A DNA stretch of 64,000 nucleotides from Candidatus Nanoarchaeia archaeon (GCA_041488275.1 JBGPOY010000003.1:78092-142091), one strand, 5' to 3'. Positions 24,692-34,670 are shown, counted from the stretch's first letter. A program made the numbers and translations. The notes: generated by a model not told the origin, from the sequence alone.

Positions 24692-25077
24692 AAAGGGACG
24701 CGATTCTCGGGAGCGTCGGCGGAGTTTCCGGCGCGGCAAGCATTATCAGTTCTGCGCAGACGTGCAACACGATTTGTGTCAGCGGGTTTAGCACGCTCTC
24801 GGTCGCGGGAACAGCGATGGCGGGGCTTCCGCTTGTGTTCAGTTATCTCGCGCTGCCCGCGTGGTGGCTCGGTGTTGGACTGTTCGCGCTTCTTGCCGGA
24901 CTGTTCGTCTTCGAGAAAGGTGTTAAACCCGCATTCCTGCTGTTGAACGGCGGCATTTTGCTGGCGGGAACGCCGTTTCTCGCTGTGCACGGCAATCTCG
25001 TATTCTTTTGGATTGCAGGCGGACTGCTCGCAGTCGCGGGAGCGGGCATGCTGCTCTGGGCGCGGTTCGCGCGCTAG
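24688..25077 (+). CDS. Hypothetical membrane protein (CxxxC near the N-terminus)
   Basis: 129 aa with SAQTCNTICVSG followed by 3 TM helices. Has an ATGA overlap with the M56 gene. Confidence 0.65.
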   Translation: MKRDAILGSVGGVSGAASIISSAQTCNTICVSGFSTLSVAGTAMAGLPLVFSYLALPAWWLGVGLFALLAGLFVFEKGVKPAFLLLNGGILLAGTPFLAVHGNLVFFWIAGGLLAVAGAGMLLWARFAR

Positions 25078-25112
25078 CAACGTTTATATAGCATCTTCTT
25101 TCGGATTCCCGT

Positions 25113-26807
25113 ATGGATTTGAAGTTCGAAATTCGCAAGCAGGCCCTGCACAACGCCGTGAAGTACGGCGGCAAGGCAAATCCGGGCGCGCTTATCGGCA
25201 AACTCATCGCCGCAGACCCTGCACTGAAGGACAAGATGAAAGAGGTGTCGAAAGACATCGCCGCGATTGTCAAGGAAGTCAACGCAATGAAGCCTGCAGC
25301 GCAGCTTGCCGAATTGCAGAAAATCGCTCCTGAATTGCTCGAAGAAAAGAAAGTTGAGGAAAAGCCTCGCGAGCTTCCGGAACTTCCGAACGCCGTGCAG
25401 GGCAAAGTCGTCACTCGTATGCCTCCTGAGCCGAGTAAGTTCATGCATCTGGGTCACGCCATCGCGTTCCTGGTGAGTACTCTTTTTGCGAAGAAGTACG
25501 CGGGCAAGTGCATTTTGCGTTTTGAAGACACCAATCCCGAGAAAAGCACGCAGGAATTCCTCGACGCGATGCGCGAAGACTTGAGTTGGCTCGGGTTGAA
25601 GGGCGACGAAGAATACGTGATGTCGCAGCACATGGACAAGTTCTACGAAGCAGGCGAACGATTGATTCGCGCGGGGCACGCGTACGCGTGCACGTGCGTG
25701 CAGGACGTGATGCGCGACCTGCGCTTCAAAGGAGTTGCGTGCGCGCACCGCGACATCAATCCTCCGGATAATCTTGCGTCGTGGAAGCAGATGCTCGCCC
25801 GAAAATTTAAGGAAGGCGAGATTTCGATTCGCGTCAAGGGAGACATGGCGTCGAAGAACGGCGTCCTGCGCGACCCGGTCTTGTTCCGCATGGACTATCA
25901 CAAGCATTTCCTGCAGGGAGAAAAATACTGCGTGTGGCCGCTCTACGACTTAGCGAGCGTCGTTGCCGAGCAGGAAAATAACGTCACGCACGTGATGCGC
26001 TCCGCCGAATTTGTCCTGCGCGCGGAACTTCACGACATGCTCCGCAGGATGCTCGCGTTCCGCACCTTGACGATTTTTGAGTTCGGACGCTTCAACGTCA
26101 TTGGCTCAACGACGCAAGGCCGCGAAATCCGCCAGCTGATTGAGTCAGGGAAAATGTTGGGCTGGGACGACCCTCGCTTAGTGACAATCAAAGCGCTTCG
26201 ACGGCGCGGGATTTTGCCGCAAGCGATTCACGAAATCGTGCACGAAGTGGGACTGAAGCGCGACCAGGCAAACATTGACTGGACGATGATTGCGAGCATC
26301 AACCGTAAATTGATTGACCCGGTCGCGAACCGGTATTTCTTTGTCGAGCATCCTGTTGAGCTTTCGATTCCGGACGCGCCTGAACGCGTCGTAAAACTGA
26401 ACTCGCACCCCGACCATCCGGAGCGCGGCACGCGCACGCTCGTCGCGCGGCAGAAATACTTTGTCGCGAAGAAGGATTTCGAGGAATTGCAGATGCAGAA
26501 GCTCTACCGCCTGATGGATTGTTTGAATTTCACGAAAGCGCCGAAAGGATATTCCTTCCATTCGCAGGACGTCGAAACGTACCGCGAGAAAGGCGAGCGC
26601 ACGATGCACTGGCTTCCCGCCGAGCATCCCGCCGAATTGATTGACGTCACGGTGCTGATGCCCGACGCAACCACGGTGAAAGGATTCGGCGAGCCGTCGC
26701 TGAAGAACGTCAAGGTCGATGAAGTCATCCAGTTCGAGCGCTTCGGATTCTGCCGCCTGGACAAGAAAGACGGCAACAAGATGTCGTTCTGGTACACGCA
26801 TAAGTAA
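25113..26807 (+). CDS. gltX: Glutamyl-tRNA synthetase, archaeal type
   Basis: N-terminal YqeY/GatB-like helix bundle (ALHNAVKYGGKANPGALIGK) and a HIGH-type motif (PSKFMHLGHA). 564 aa, as in archaeal GluRS. Confidence 0.95.
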   Translation: MDLKFEIRKQALHNAVKYGGKANPGALIGKLIAADPALKDKMKEVSKDIAAIVKEVNAMKPAAQLAELQKIAPELLEEKKVEEKPRELPELPNAVQGKVVTRMPPEPSKFMHLGHAIAFLVSTLFAKKYAGKCILRFEDTNPEKSTQEFLDAMREDLSWLGLKGDEEYVMSQHMDKFYEAGERLIRAGHAYACTCVQDVMRDLRFKGVACAHRDINPPDNLASWKQMLARKFKEGEISIRVKGDMASKNGVLRDPVLFRMDYHKHFLQGEKYCVWPLYDLASVVAEQENNVTHVMRSAEFVLRAELHDMLRRMLAFRTLTIFEFGRFNVIGSTTQGREIRQLIESGKMLGWDDPRLVTIKALRRRGILPQAIHEIVHEVGLKRDQANIDWTMIASINRKLIDPVANRYFFVEHPVELSIPDAPERVVKLNSHPDHPERGTRTLVARQKYFVAKKDFEELQMQKLYRLMDCLNFTKAPKGYSFHSQDVETYREKGERTMHWLPAEHPAELIDVTVLMPDATTVKGFGEPSLKNVKVDEVIQFERFGFCRLDKKDGNKMSFWYTHK

Positions 26808-26857
26808 GCAAAGACTTTTAATCTCACAACGCTTTAAACGACGGAGAGGTGAATCGC

Positions 26858-27019
26858 ATGTTGATTGTCAAGTCAAAGGTCAAGGAACTGTGCGGAGAGA
26901 TTAATGTCGGCGGCGATTTCATCGACGCGCTGGACAAGCACACCGAACACGTCGTCAAGGAAGCCATTCGCAGGGCGAAAGAGAACAACCGGCGCACGGT
27001 TCTGGCGAGAGACGTTTAG
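26858..27019 (+). CDS. Small histone-fold-like protein (DUF1931-like)
   Basis: 53 aa: MLIVKSKVKELCGEINVGGDFIDALDKHTEHVVKEAIRRAKENNRRTVLARDV*. The SD-like GGAGAGGTGA lies 7 nt upstream. Below the ORF-track cut-off. Confidence 0.6.
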   Translation: MLIVKSKVKELCGEINVGGDFIDALDKHTEHVVKEAIRRAKENNRRTVLARDV

Positions 27020-27543
27020 GAAGAAGCGTTCAATTCCTTTAATTTTTCTTTCATCGCGTGCAACCGCTCATCGAGATGCTGCAGTTTTGTCTTGAACTTG
27101 CCGACTTTTTCGAGTTCAGAATGCATCTTCTCGAGTTTTTGGATGTCGTCGCGCACCATCGTGAGCTTCTGCGTCTTGGTGGAGAGGCGGCTGATAATCT
27201 TGCTTTCAAGTTCCTGAATGCGCGTCGCGCGCGCCTGACGTGAGGCGAGGAACGCGCCGAGCCGTCCTTCGAGCGCGTCAATCTTGTCGCGCAGCTTGCG
27301 GTGGAAGATGTCCTCGTCCGACTGGTGTCCGGCGATGCGCTGCTCCATCGCGACTGCCGCGGAAATCCTGCGTTCGAGTTCCGCGATTTGTCCTTGGAAG
27401 TCCTTGCTGCCGATTTTGCGCAGCTTGACGATTTGTTCTTCCAGCGCCTTGCGGACGTAGTCGCGCTCAATGAGTCTGCGCGTCGCGCGCCCGCAGTAAT
27501 GGTACAGCGTCTGCGCCTTCATCGAGTCGACGCTGGGAAACAT
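27016..27543 (-). CDS. Coiled-coil protein, function unknown
   Basis: 175 aa with heptad-rich sequence (LEEQIVKLRK...ELERRI...IQELESKI...LHAMKEKLKEL). Confidence 0.7.
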   Translation of the reverse strand: MFPSVDSMKAQTLYHYCGRATRRLIERDYVRKALEEQIVKLRKIGSKDFQGQIAELERRISAAVAMEQRIAGHQSDEDIFHRKLRDKIDALEGRLGAFLASRQARATRIQELESKIISRLSTKTQKLTMVRDDIQKLEKMHSELEKVGKFKTKLQHLDERLHAMKEKLKELNASS

Positions 27544-27546
27544 GGT

Positions 27547-28068
27547 TTAGAAGAATCCCCCCTTGCGCTTCGGCGGAGGCAGCGGCGCTCCGGGACCGCC
27601 CATCGGAGGCGCCATCATTCGCGGAGGAGGCATGAACGGTCGCATTCCCGGCTCGGGCGTCATATGCTCGCCGCCGGGCATCGACTCTTCCTTCTTCACG
27701 ACAAAACCTTCATCGAGGCGCGACTTCAGTTCGTTGATGAGGTCGGCGACCGCGACGATGCCTTTCGCGATTTCGGAGTTCTGCTCGAGCACCTTGTTCA
27801 TCTTTTCGAACAGGGGCTTCATCTTTTCCTGGAACGTAAGCCCGCCTTCTTCGGTCTTGATTTCGTGGCCTGCTTCCTCGAAAATCGCGGTCATGCGGTC
27901 AATCTTGGAAGCGAGGTCGTCCATCGAGACCTGCAGTTTCTTAGAAGACGGAATCGGGACGTCCTTGAGCTTCTTCAGTTCCTCTTTCAGGTCCTGAATT
28001 TCCTTGTAGGGAACCAGCTCGTACTCGTCGCCTTCAGTATGATTAGGAGTCGCGTCGTCTGCCATCAC
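27547..28068 (-). CDS. Coiled-coil protein with a Pro/Met/Gly-rich C-terminal tail, function unknown
   Basis: 173 aa. Tail: PEPGMRPFMPPPRMMAPPMGGPGAPLPPPKRKGGFF. A TATA (minus strand CCTTTATAAAC) lies about 45 nt upstream. Confidence 0.7.
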   Translation of the reverse strand: MMADDATPNHTEGDEYELVPYKEIQDLKEELKKLKDVPIPSSKKLQVSMDDLASKIDRMTAIFEEAGHEIKTEEGGLTFQEKMKPLFEKMNKVLEQNSEIAKGIVAVADLINELKSRLDEGFVVKKEESMPGGEHMTPEPGMRPFMPPPRMMAPPMGGPGAPLPPPKRKGGFF

Positions 28069-28158
28069 ATCACCCTTTTTGTATCTACTCCCGACTATGC
28101 GTTAGAGAGTTTATAAAGGTTTCGTGACGGGCGAATTCACAAACTTCTCGTGAGCTCC

Positions 28159-29790
28159 TCAGTACTCCCCATTCATGCCGTTCATTCCGGGCGGCGGTCC
28201 TTGTGAGGACGACTTGCCGCTCGCGATGACGTCGTCGATGCGGAGAATCATCTGCGCGACTTCGGATGCGGAACTGATGGCTTGCGTCTTAATCTTCAAC
28301 GGTTCGATGACGCCTGCTTTCCACGCGTCCATGACTTTGCCCGCGTTGACGTCGACGCCTGCCCAGCGCTGTTTCTTGTCGTGGGCGGCTTTCAACTCAG
28401 TGATAATATCAATCGGGTCCATGCCCGCGTTTTCCGCGAGGGTGCGAGGAATCACTTCAAGCGATTCCGCGAACGCAAGCACCGCAAGCTGTTCGCGTCC
28501 CGAAAGACTGTCGGCGAACTTGCGCAGTTCGCGCGCGACTTCGACTTCAGGGGCGCCCGCGCCGGCAACGACTTTGCCGACCTTGATGGCGGCGGCGACG
28601 TCGCCGATGGCGTCGGTCATCGCGCGCCGGACTTCGTCAACGATGTGCGTGGTTCCGCCGCGCACCAAGACCGTAACGCTCTTAGGGTTTTTGCAGCCCG
28701 TGACGTACGTGAGTTCTTCGTTGCCGATTTTTTGTTCTTCGACTTTGCCCGCGTGACCCAGGTCTTTCGCAGTCAAATCGTCGAGGTTTGTGATAATGCT
28801 CGCTCCCGTCGCGCGCGAAAGCGCTTCCATGTCGGATTTCTTGACGCGTCGGGCGGCGTAGACTCCTTTCTTTGCGAGGAAGTGCTGCGCTGAATCATCA
28901 ATGCCTTTCTGGCAGAAGACGACGTTTGCGCCGGCGTTGACAATCTTGTCGACCATCGTGCGGAGCATCCTCTCCTCTTGGTCGAGGAACGCCTGCATCT
29001 GGGACGGGTCGGTGATTTCGATTTTGGCGTCGATTTCGGTGTCCTTGATTTCAATCGCGCTGTCAATCAGCGCAATCTTTGCCGCCTGAATCAGTTTCGG
29101 CATCTGCGGGTGCACGGCTTCCTTTTCGAGCACGACGCCGTCAATCAGTTCCGTGTCTTCGACAGAGCCGCCGACTTTCTTTTCGAGCTTGATGTGCTCT
29201 TTATCAAAATGAACGATTCCTGCAGCGTCGCGGCTGAGGACTCTTTTGACTGCCTTGACGCCGATGTCGCTCAGCTTTTCTTTTGCGGTCTCGGCGCCCT
29301 TGCCGGTCAATGCGGTCATGGCGATTTTCTTGAGCAGCGAGTCGTCTTTTTCGGTGACGGGTTCTGCGATGGAGTTGAGAATCTCGAGCGCTTTCTCGTG
29401 CGCGATGCGGTAGCCGCGCGCGATAACCGTCGGATGGACCTCTTGGTCGAGCAGTTCTTCCGCGCGTCTCAAAAGCTCGCCCGCGATGACGACTGCCGTT
29501 GTGGTTCCGTCGCCGACTTCTTCTTCCTGCGTCTTGGCGACCTCGACAATCATCTTCGCCGCCGGGTGCTCAATCTGCATTTCTTGGAGAATCGTGACGC
29601 CGTCGTTCGTGACGGTGATGTCGCCGAGCGCGTCGACCAGCATTTTGTCCATGCCTTTCGGACCGAGCGTCGTGCGCACCGTTTCGGCGACGAGCTTGGC
29701 CGCCATGATGTTGTTGCGCTGGGCATTCTTGCCCGTCGTGCGTTGCGTGCCTTCAGGCAGGATGAAGATAGGTTGTACGTTGTTTGACAT
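28159..29790 (-). CDS. ths: Thermosome subunit (group II chaperonin)
   Basis: [22 protein letters not shown] and [10 protein letters not shown] motifs, with a C-terminal GMNGMNGEY-type tail. Confidence 0.97.
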   Translation of the reverse strand: MSNNVQPIFILPEGTQRTTGKNAQRNNIMAAKLVAETVRTTLGPKGMDKMLVDALGDITVTNDGVTILQEMQIEHPAAKMIVEVAKTQEEEVGDGTTTAVVIAGELLRRAEELLDQEVHPTVIARGYRIAHEKALEILNSIAEPVTEKDDSLLKKIAMTALTGKGAETAKEKLSDIGVKAVKRVLSRDAAGIVHFDKEHIKLEKKVGGSVEDTELIDGVVLEKEAVHPQMPKLIQAAKIALIDSAIEIKDTEIDAKIEITDPSQMQAFLDQEERMLRTMVDKIVNAGANVVFCQKGIDDSAQHFLAKKGVYAARRVKKSDMEALSRATGASIITNLDDLTAKDLGHAGKVEEQKIGNEELTYVTGCKNPKSVTVLVRGGTTHIVDEVRRAMTDAIGDVAAAIKVGKVVAGAGAPEVEVARELRKFADSLSGREQLAVLAFAESLEVIPRTLAENAGMDPIDIITELKAAHDKKQRWAGVDVNAGKVMDAWKAGVIEPLKIKTQAISSASEVAQMILRIDDVIASGKSSSQGPPPGMNGMNGEY

Positions 29791-29867
29791 TGGAACCCCC
29801 GATATGATGCGTATCGCGTGTCGTGCTGATTTTGCTCCCGAATCACTATATAAAGGTTATGAAGAAG

Positions 29868-30668
29868 TTATGCGTTCTTGGTCGCGCCGAGCGCTTCCAT
29901 GACTTTTGCCGTTTCGACGAACGCGATTGTCGCTTCCACCGTGTACAACGCGAACCCTTCGCGGGAAATGACCGCTTTCGGTGTGTACCAGACGGCTCCG
30001 CGGCGTTCCACGGGCCGGACATCCCTGCAGTTGGTCTCGATGAGGATGCTATCGCCGTCGCGCAGCGGCGGATGCTCCGTGCGGCTCACGGTCTGGCGCA
30101 TATAGACGGGCTGGCGGTCCCGCGCGCGCTGTTCGTCGACGGCTTTGGCACCGTCCTTGTAAAACGCAGACGAGACCAATCCGACCGCAAGGGCGTCCCA
30201 CGCGGGAACGTCGGCGGAGATGCCCTTGCCCGCTTGACGGGCGACGGCTTCGGAAAGTGTATAGGAGTGCAACACTCCGTCGTGCCGCGGCACGAACGTG
30301 GTGGGTTGCGACAGCGAACGGTAGGAGAATTTCGACGTGACGGCGGGCTTGTCCAAGCCGGGCAGGTACATACGCGCCTCGACGCCTTCGGGAATGGAGC
30401 GCGAGGTGCACCAAGCGTTGACGCCGATAGGCACGGCGTTGCTGAAGGTGGTCTCCTGCGTGGCGGGAACGGCAGGTTTGCACTTCATAGAAACGAGATA
30501 GGCGAGCACGAACTTGCTTTGGAATCCGAGCGTGGCGCCTTTTTCGTGCCCGTGAATCTCGTTCGGGTCCTGCGTGGCAAAACGGAAGGCATCTACCTTC
30601 TCGCGCGTCATCGGAACTTCTCCCAGGATGCGCTCTTCCAATCGTGTCGTATCGTTACCCATCTCCAC
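29868..30668 (-). CDS. Hypothetical protein, possibly hot-dog (MaoC-like) fold
   Basis: 266 aa. [22 protein letters not shown] resembles the MaoC dehydratase motif. Weak call. Confidence 0.6.
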   Translation of the reverse strand: MEMGNDTTRLEERILGEVPMTREKVDAFRFATQDPNEIHGHEKGATLGFQSKFVLAYLVSMKCKPAVPATQETTFSNAVPIGVNAWCTSRSIPEGVEARMYLPGLDKPAVTSKFSYRSLSQPTTFVPRHDGVLHSYTLSEAVARQAGKGISADVPAWDALAVGLVSSAFYKDGAKAVDEQRARDRQPVYMRQTVSRTEHPPLRDGDSILIETNCRDVRPVERRGAVWYTPKAVISREGFALYTVEATIAFVETAKVMEALGATKNA

Positions 30669-30733
30669 TCTCCTCGTGAGAACAGAGGTGGATTTTTAAA
30701 GCTTGCCGTCTCCTGAAGGGGAAAAGAGGCGCA

Positions 30734-31315
30734 ATGATTATCACCATCGGCGGGGACGCCGGCTCGGGCAAAAGCACAGTCGGGAGGCTTGTGGCTGACA
30801 AGATTGGGTTCAAATTCTACTCCGTGGGCGGCATTATGCGCCAGCTCGCGGTCGCGGCAGGCATGAAAGTGGAGGAGTTCGAGCATCAGGCGGAGACGCA
30901 TCCTCAAACGGACCGCCAATTGGACGTCGCGCAGCAGCGTATCGGGCGCCTGCAGGACAATGTGGTCATGGAAGGCCGCCTTTCGTGGAAGTTCGTCCCT
31001 CATTCGTTCAAAGTGTTCCTGAAAGTGTCCGACGATGTCGCCGCAAAACGCATTTTTGCCGACCATCAGGCGGGCAAGCGCGGCTCGGAAAACGCGTTCA
31101 AGACGGTAAAAGACGCGCTCGCCGACGTGCGTTCGCGGAGAATGAGCGACCTCGCGCGGTACAAGAAGTTATACAACGTCGACCCTTTTGACCCGAAGCA
31201 TTACGACCTCATCGTTGACACGTCCAACAAGTCGCTCACGAACGTCGTGGACACCATTCTCGCGGAATTCCGCCGTCGCCAGCTGGACGCGCTGCCCCAC
31301 TCGCGCAAATCTTAA
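30734..31315 (+). CDS. cmk: Cytidylate kinase, archaeal type
   Basis: MIITIGGDAGSGKSTVGRLVADKIG (P-loop). It appears collinear with archaeal Cmk. Confidence 0.85.
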   Translation: MIITIGGDAGSGKSTVGRLVADKIGFKFYSVGGIMRQLAVAAGMKVEEFEHQAETHPQTDRQLDVAQQRIGRLQDNVVMEGRLSWKFVPHSFKVFLKVSDDVAAKRIFADHQAGKRGSENAFKTVKDALADVRSRRMSDLARYKKLYNVDPFDPKHYDLIVDTSNKSLTNVVDTILAEFRRRQLDALPHSRKS

Positions 31316-31340
31316 ATACGGAGCGCCTTCGCTCACGCGT

Positions 31341-31973
31341 ATGCCACTGCACGAGAACGAGTTTATCGAACTGGACTACACCGGCAGGGTGAAGGACGAC
31401 AACTCCATCTTCGACACGACGGAAGAAAAAATCGCGAAAGAAAACGCGCTGCGCGGCGACTTCAAACCGGTCACGATTTGCCTCGGCAAGGGACACCTTC
31501 TGCACGGTCTTGAAAAGAAACTCGTCGGCAAGGAGCTGGGCGCGCACCGCATCGAGCTGAAAGCAGAGGAAGCGTTCGGCAAGAAGGACGCGAAATTGAT
31601 GGTGCTGGTTCCGACGCAGAACTTCATCCGCGAGGGCATCCAGCCGCAGGCCGGACTTCCCGTCAACATCGACGGGCGCACCGGAACGATTCGCGCCGTG
31701 ACCGGCGGACGCACCATCGTTGACTTCAACCACCCTCTCGCGGGCAAGGAAGTCATCTACGACGTGAACGTGCGAAGAATCGTCACCGACCCGTCGCACA
31801 AGGTCGCCGCGCTGGTCAAAGTCATCCTCAATGTCGATTCTCAAGTAACTGTTGCGAAAGACGACGCGACCGTGACGCTCAAGGAAGAACTGCCGAAGCC
31901 AATTGCCGACGGCATGGTCAAGGAAATCACGCAATTGACCGGTTTGAAGCACGTCACGTTCCTGAAAGCGTAA
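31341..31973 (+). CDS. FKBP-type peptidyl-prolyl cis-trans isomerase (SlyD-like, with IF insert)
   Basis: IELDYTGRVKDDNSIFDTT and FNHPLAGKEVIYDVNV motifs. The start was trimmed to MPLHENE. Confidence 0.85.
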   Translation: MPLHENEFIELDYTGRVKDDNSIFDTTEEKIAKENALRGDFKPVTICLGKGHLLHGLEKKLVGKELGAHRIELKAEEAFGKKDAKLMVLVPTQNFIREGIQPQAGLPVNIDGRTGTIRAVTGGRTIVDFNHPLAGKEVIYDVNVRRIVTDPSHKVAALVKVILNVDSQVTVAKDDATVTLKEELPKPIADGMVKEITQLTGLKHVTFLKA

Positions 31974-32059
31974 TCACGCTAGTCCGTCACCTAAAACCTT
32001 ATAAATTCTTGAAATCCGACACTATTCTAGAAAAGTAACAAAGGGGGCGATGGGAAATC

Positions 32060-33259
32060 GTGGACTATCAACAGCCAAATGCCGCACAGCAAAGTTATCC
32101 GCAACCCTATCCTCAGCCTACGTTTGTTCCGGCGCAACCCGCTCCTTCCTACGCTCCTGCTCAACCGCAATTCTCGAACGAACCGAAAGTGACGAACGCA
32201 AGAAAACCCGCGAGCGCCGTCGACACGGAACTCGAGGAACTGCTCTCGCGCCAGCGCGCGACCATCAAGGTCGTCGGGTGCGGCGGCGGCGGCAACAACA
32301 CGATTAACCGCATCACCGAAGTCGGCGTGCAGGGCGCGGAAACCATCGCGGTCAACACCGACGCGCAGGACTTGCTCTACACGTCCGCTGACAAAAAAAT
32401 TCTGATTGGACGCGAAGTCACGCGCGGACTCGGCGCGGGCTCAGACCCGAAGCAAGGCGAAGCCGCCGCCCGCGAACAGGAACACGACCTCAAGAACTCC
32501 CTGTCCGGTGCGGACATGGTCTTTATCACGTGCGGTCTCGGCGGAGGCACGGGCACCGGCTCGGCTCCGGTCATTGCCGATCTCGCAAAGAAAATGGGCG
32601 CGCTCACCGTCGCAGTGGTCACGATGCCGTTCACGATGGAAGGCAACCGCCGCTACGAAAACGCGCTCGTCGGGCTGGAACGCCTCGAACAGCTCGTTGA
32701 CACACTCATCGTCATCCCGAACGACAAGCTCTTGGAACTCGCTCCCGACTTGCCGCTGCACACCGCATTCAAAGTTGCGGACGAAATTCTCACCAACGCG
32801 GTCAAGGGCATCGCGGAACTCGTCACCAAGGCGGGACTTGTCAACCTCGACTTCGCGGACATACGCGCCGTGATGTCGAACGGCGGTGTCGCATTGATTG
32901 GCGTCGGCGAATCCGACTCCGAGAACCGCGCCAACGAAGCCGTCGAGAAAGCCATTCACAACCCGCTGCTGGACGTCGACATCGAAGGTGCGACAGGCGC
33001 GCTCATCAACGTCGCGGGCAGCAAAGACCTTACGTTGAACGAAGCGCGCAAGGTCGTCGAATCCGTTTCTTCAAAACTCTCGCCCGAAGCCAAAATCATC
33101 TGGGGCGCCCAAATCTACGAGGACTTGGGCAACACGCTCCGCGTGATGCTCATCGTGACGGGCGTGAAGTCGCCGCAGATTTTCGGCAAGACCCACCGCG
33201 CAACCGACATCGCGAAGAAAGAAATCGAGAACGAACTGGGCATTGAATTCGTTGATTGA
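32060..33259 (+). CDS. ftsZ: Cell division protein FtsZ
   Basis: GCGGGGNN and [13 protein letters not shown] tubulin signature. GTG start with the SD-like AAGGGGG 13 nt upstream. Confidence 0.95.
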   Translation: MDYQQPNAAQQSYPQPYPQPTFVPAQPAPSYAPAQPQFSNEPKVTNARKPASAVDTELEELLSRQRATIKVVGCGGGGNNTINRITEVGVQGAETIAVNTDAQDLLYTSADKKILIGREVTRGLGAGSDPKQGEAAAREQEHDLKNSLSGADMVFITCGLGGGTGTGSAPVIADLAKKMGALTVAVVTMPFTMEGNRRYENALVGLERLEQLVDTLIVIPNDKLLELAPDLPLHTAFKVADEILTNAVKGIAELVTKAGLVNLDFADIRAVMSNGGVALIGVGESDSENRANEAVEKAIHNPLLDVDIEGATGALINVAGSKDLTLNEARKVVESVSSKLSPEAKIIWGAQIYEDLGNTLRVMLIVTGVKSPQIFGKTHRATDIAKKEIENELGIEFVD

Positions 33260-33275
33260 TTCTGACGTAAGCCGA

Positions 33276-33321
33276 GCCCAGGCAGTATTGTCATAGGTAG
33301 TCATTTCTGAACTGCGCAACC
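33276..33321 (-). repeat. Copy A of a conserved roughly 46-nt intergenic element (inverted relative to copies B and C)
   Basis: The reverse complement GGTTGCGCAGTTCAGAAATGACTACCTATGACAATACTGCCTGGGC matches 37958-38003 at all but about 3 positions. It lies 40 nt 3' of the Yip1 gene in sense orientation. Confidence 0.8.
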
Positions 33322-33360
33322 TTCGTCCAATTCCTCTGAGCAGAAATTCTGAGAGTCTTT

Positions 33361-33960
33361 TTACTGAGTAAGGGCAGGCATCACGACTTTCGACGCAATT
33401 AATGCTGCCGCGATGATGCTGATGAGCAGCGCCGCTAGAAATGCGATGATGATGCCGGGAATCAGGTAAAGCAGCGCCGCTTTCAGACGAGACATCTTGT
33501 GGATTTCCGCCGTGCCGATGACGAGCAGGGCAAAGCTCCAGATGCCGGTGACGACGCTGACGAGCGGAATCCAGCCGAGCAGGAACGTGGGCGTGTACGC
33601 GTACACGGCAAGCTGGTACGTCTGAGAGTAGCTTGCCTTGCCGCCGAAGATGAGCAGATAGAGATAGAGGATTCCCGCGCCGACAAAGCTCAGGAGCAGC
33701 GAAAACGGATACCCGATGAGCGCGAACAGCAGGCGAAGCCCCATTGACGGGCTGGCCATCATGCTCGAGCCGAAGTACGACTGCATGACGCCCATCAATA
33801 CCGAAGTGGTGTAGACTGAAATCAAGACCGTGAGCGCGAGGAAGACGAGGTAGAACAGCGCAAGATACCGGAACGCGTCGCCGACGCCTTTCTCGTTGAG
33901 CTTGCGGAAGAACGTCGTCGGCTTGGTCAGAATCGCGGAAACTTTGTCGCTGAGCGTCAT
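33361..33960 (-). CDS. Yip1-domain membrane protein
   Basis: 199 aa. The N-terminus ILTKPTTFFRKL is followed by 5 TM helices, as is typical of the Yip1 family. Confidence 0.75.
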   Translation of the reverse strand: MTLSDKVSAILTKPTTFFRKLNEKGVGDAFRYLALFYLVFLALTVLISVYTTSVLMGVMQSYFGSSMMASPSMGLRLLFALIGYPFSLLLSFVGAGILYLYLLIFGGKASYSQTYQLAVYAYTPTFLLGWIPLVSVVTGIWSFALLVIGTAEIHKMSRLKAALLYLIPGIIIAFLAALLISIIAAALIASKVVMPALTQ

Positions 33961-34039
33961 GCCATTTTCTGAAGCAGGTTGCCTAATTAAAGGTTGCGAT
34001 TCCGCAACGCTTAAAAGTAACCGTCAAGCACCGAGGAGT

Positions 34040-34651
34040 ATGGACGAAATACCGCAGCAGGAACAGGCGCCGCAGATTGCGGCACAGGAACCCGCGCCGC
34101 AAATCACGCAGGAACCGCACGCGCAGATGGCCGCCGCGCCGCATCCTGCCAAGCACCACCGCACGCGCCGGCACATCGGCCTGACGCTGTTCGTCGTTGC
34201 CGCAGCCTTCCTCATCTATTTTGTCTACCGCATGACCTCGACCGGCCGCTATGACGCGTGGTCGGTGGCCATCATCGCGTTCACGTTCATCATCTGCGCG
34301 TACGCGGGCGGCTACGCCATCAGTCAGCACCGCAAAATGCTGCGCGTTTCGAACCTCGCGAAGACGGTCGAACGCATCGGCACGGACCTGGCGCAGGAAG
34401 TGCAGTCCGTTCAGAGAGTCGCGAAAGCTGCAGTCGCCGACGCCACCAATCAGGGCAAATGGTCGCGGCGCTGGTCGCAGTTGAAGGAATTCATCCGCGA
34501 GTGCAAGCGTGTCTTTTCAATTACCAAGAAACCGAACCGCGAGGAATTCAAGACCATCGTCAAAATCGCAGGTATTGGAATTGGACTGATCGGTCTGATT
34601 GGGTTCCTCGTGCAGCTGCTCCGCGAAGGGCTGCGCGGTCTCGGCTTCTAA
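34040..34651 (+). CDS. secE: Preprotein translocase SecE (Sec61-gamma) with a roughly 140-aa N-terminal extension
   Basis: The C-terminus WSQLKEFIRECKRVFSITKKPNREEFKTIVKIAGIGIGLIGLIGFLVQL matches archaeal SecE. The N-terminus adds a Gln/Pro/His-rich tail and 2 TM helices. Confidence 0.7.
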   Translation: MDEIPQQEQAPQIAAQEPAPQITQEPHAQMAAAPHPAKHHRTRRHIGLTLFVVAAAFLIYFVYRMTSTGRYDAWSVAIIAFTFIICAYAGGYAISQHRKMLRVSNLAKTVERIGTDLAQEVQSVQRVAKAAVADATNQGKWSRRWSQLKEFIRECKRVFSITKKPNREEFKTIVKIAGIGIGLIGLIGFLVQLLREGLRGLGF

Positions 34652-34670
34652 ACTTCAGCGGGGGATACAT

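Noticed and set aside
33071-33319. Possible small peptide encoded by the 46-nt repeat (..SSEMTTYDNTAWAR..)
   Set aside because: Copies A and B share this reading frame, but copy C has a 1-nt deletion that destroys it. Nucleotide conservation without frame conservation argues for an RNA or DNA element, not a peptide.
33276-33321. The repeat as a C/D-box sRNA
   Set aside because: A CTGA (D-box-like) is present on the plus strand of copy A, but I cannot find a matching RUGAUGA C box or terminal stem in any copy.
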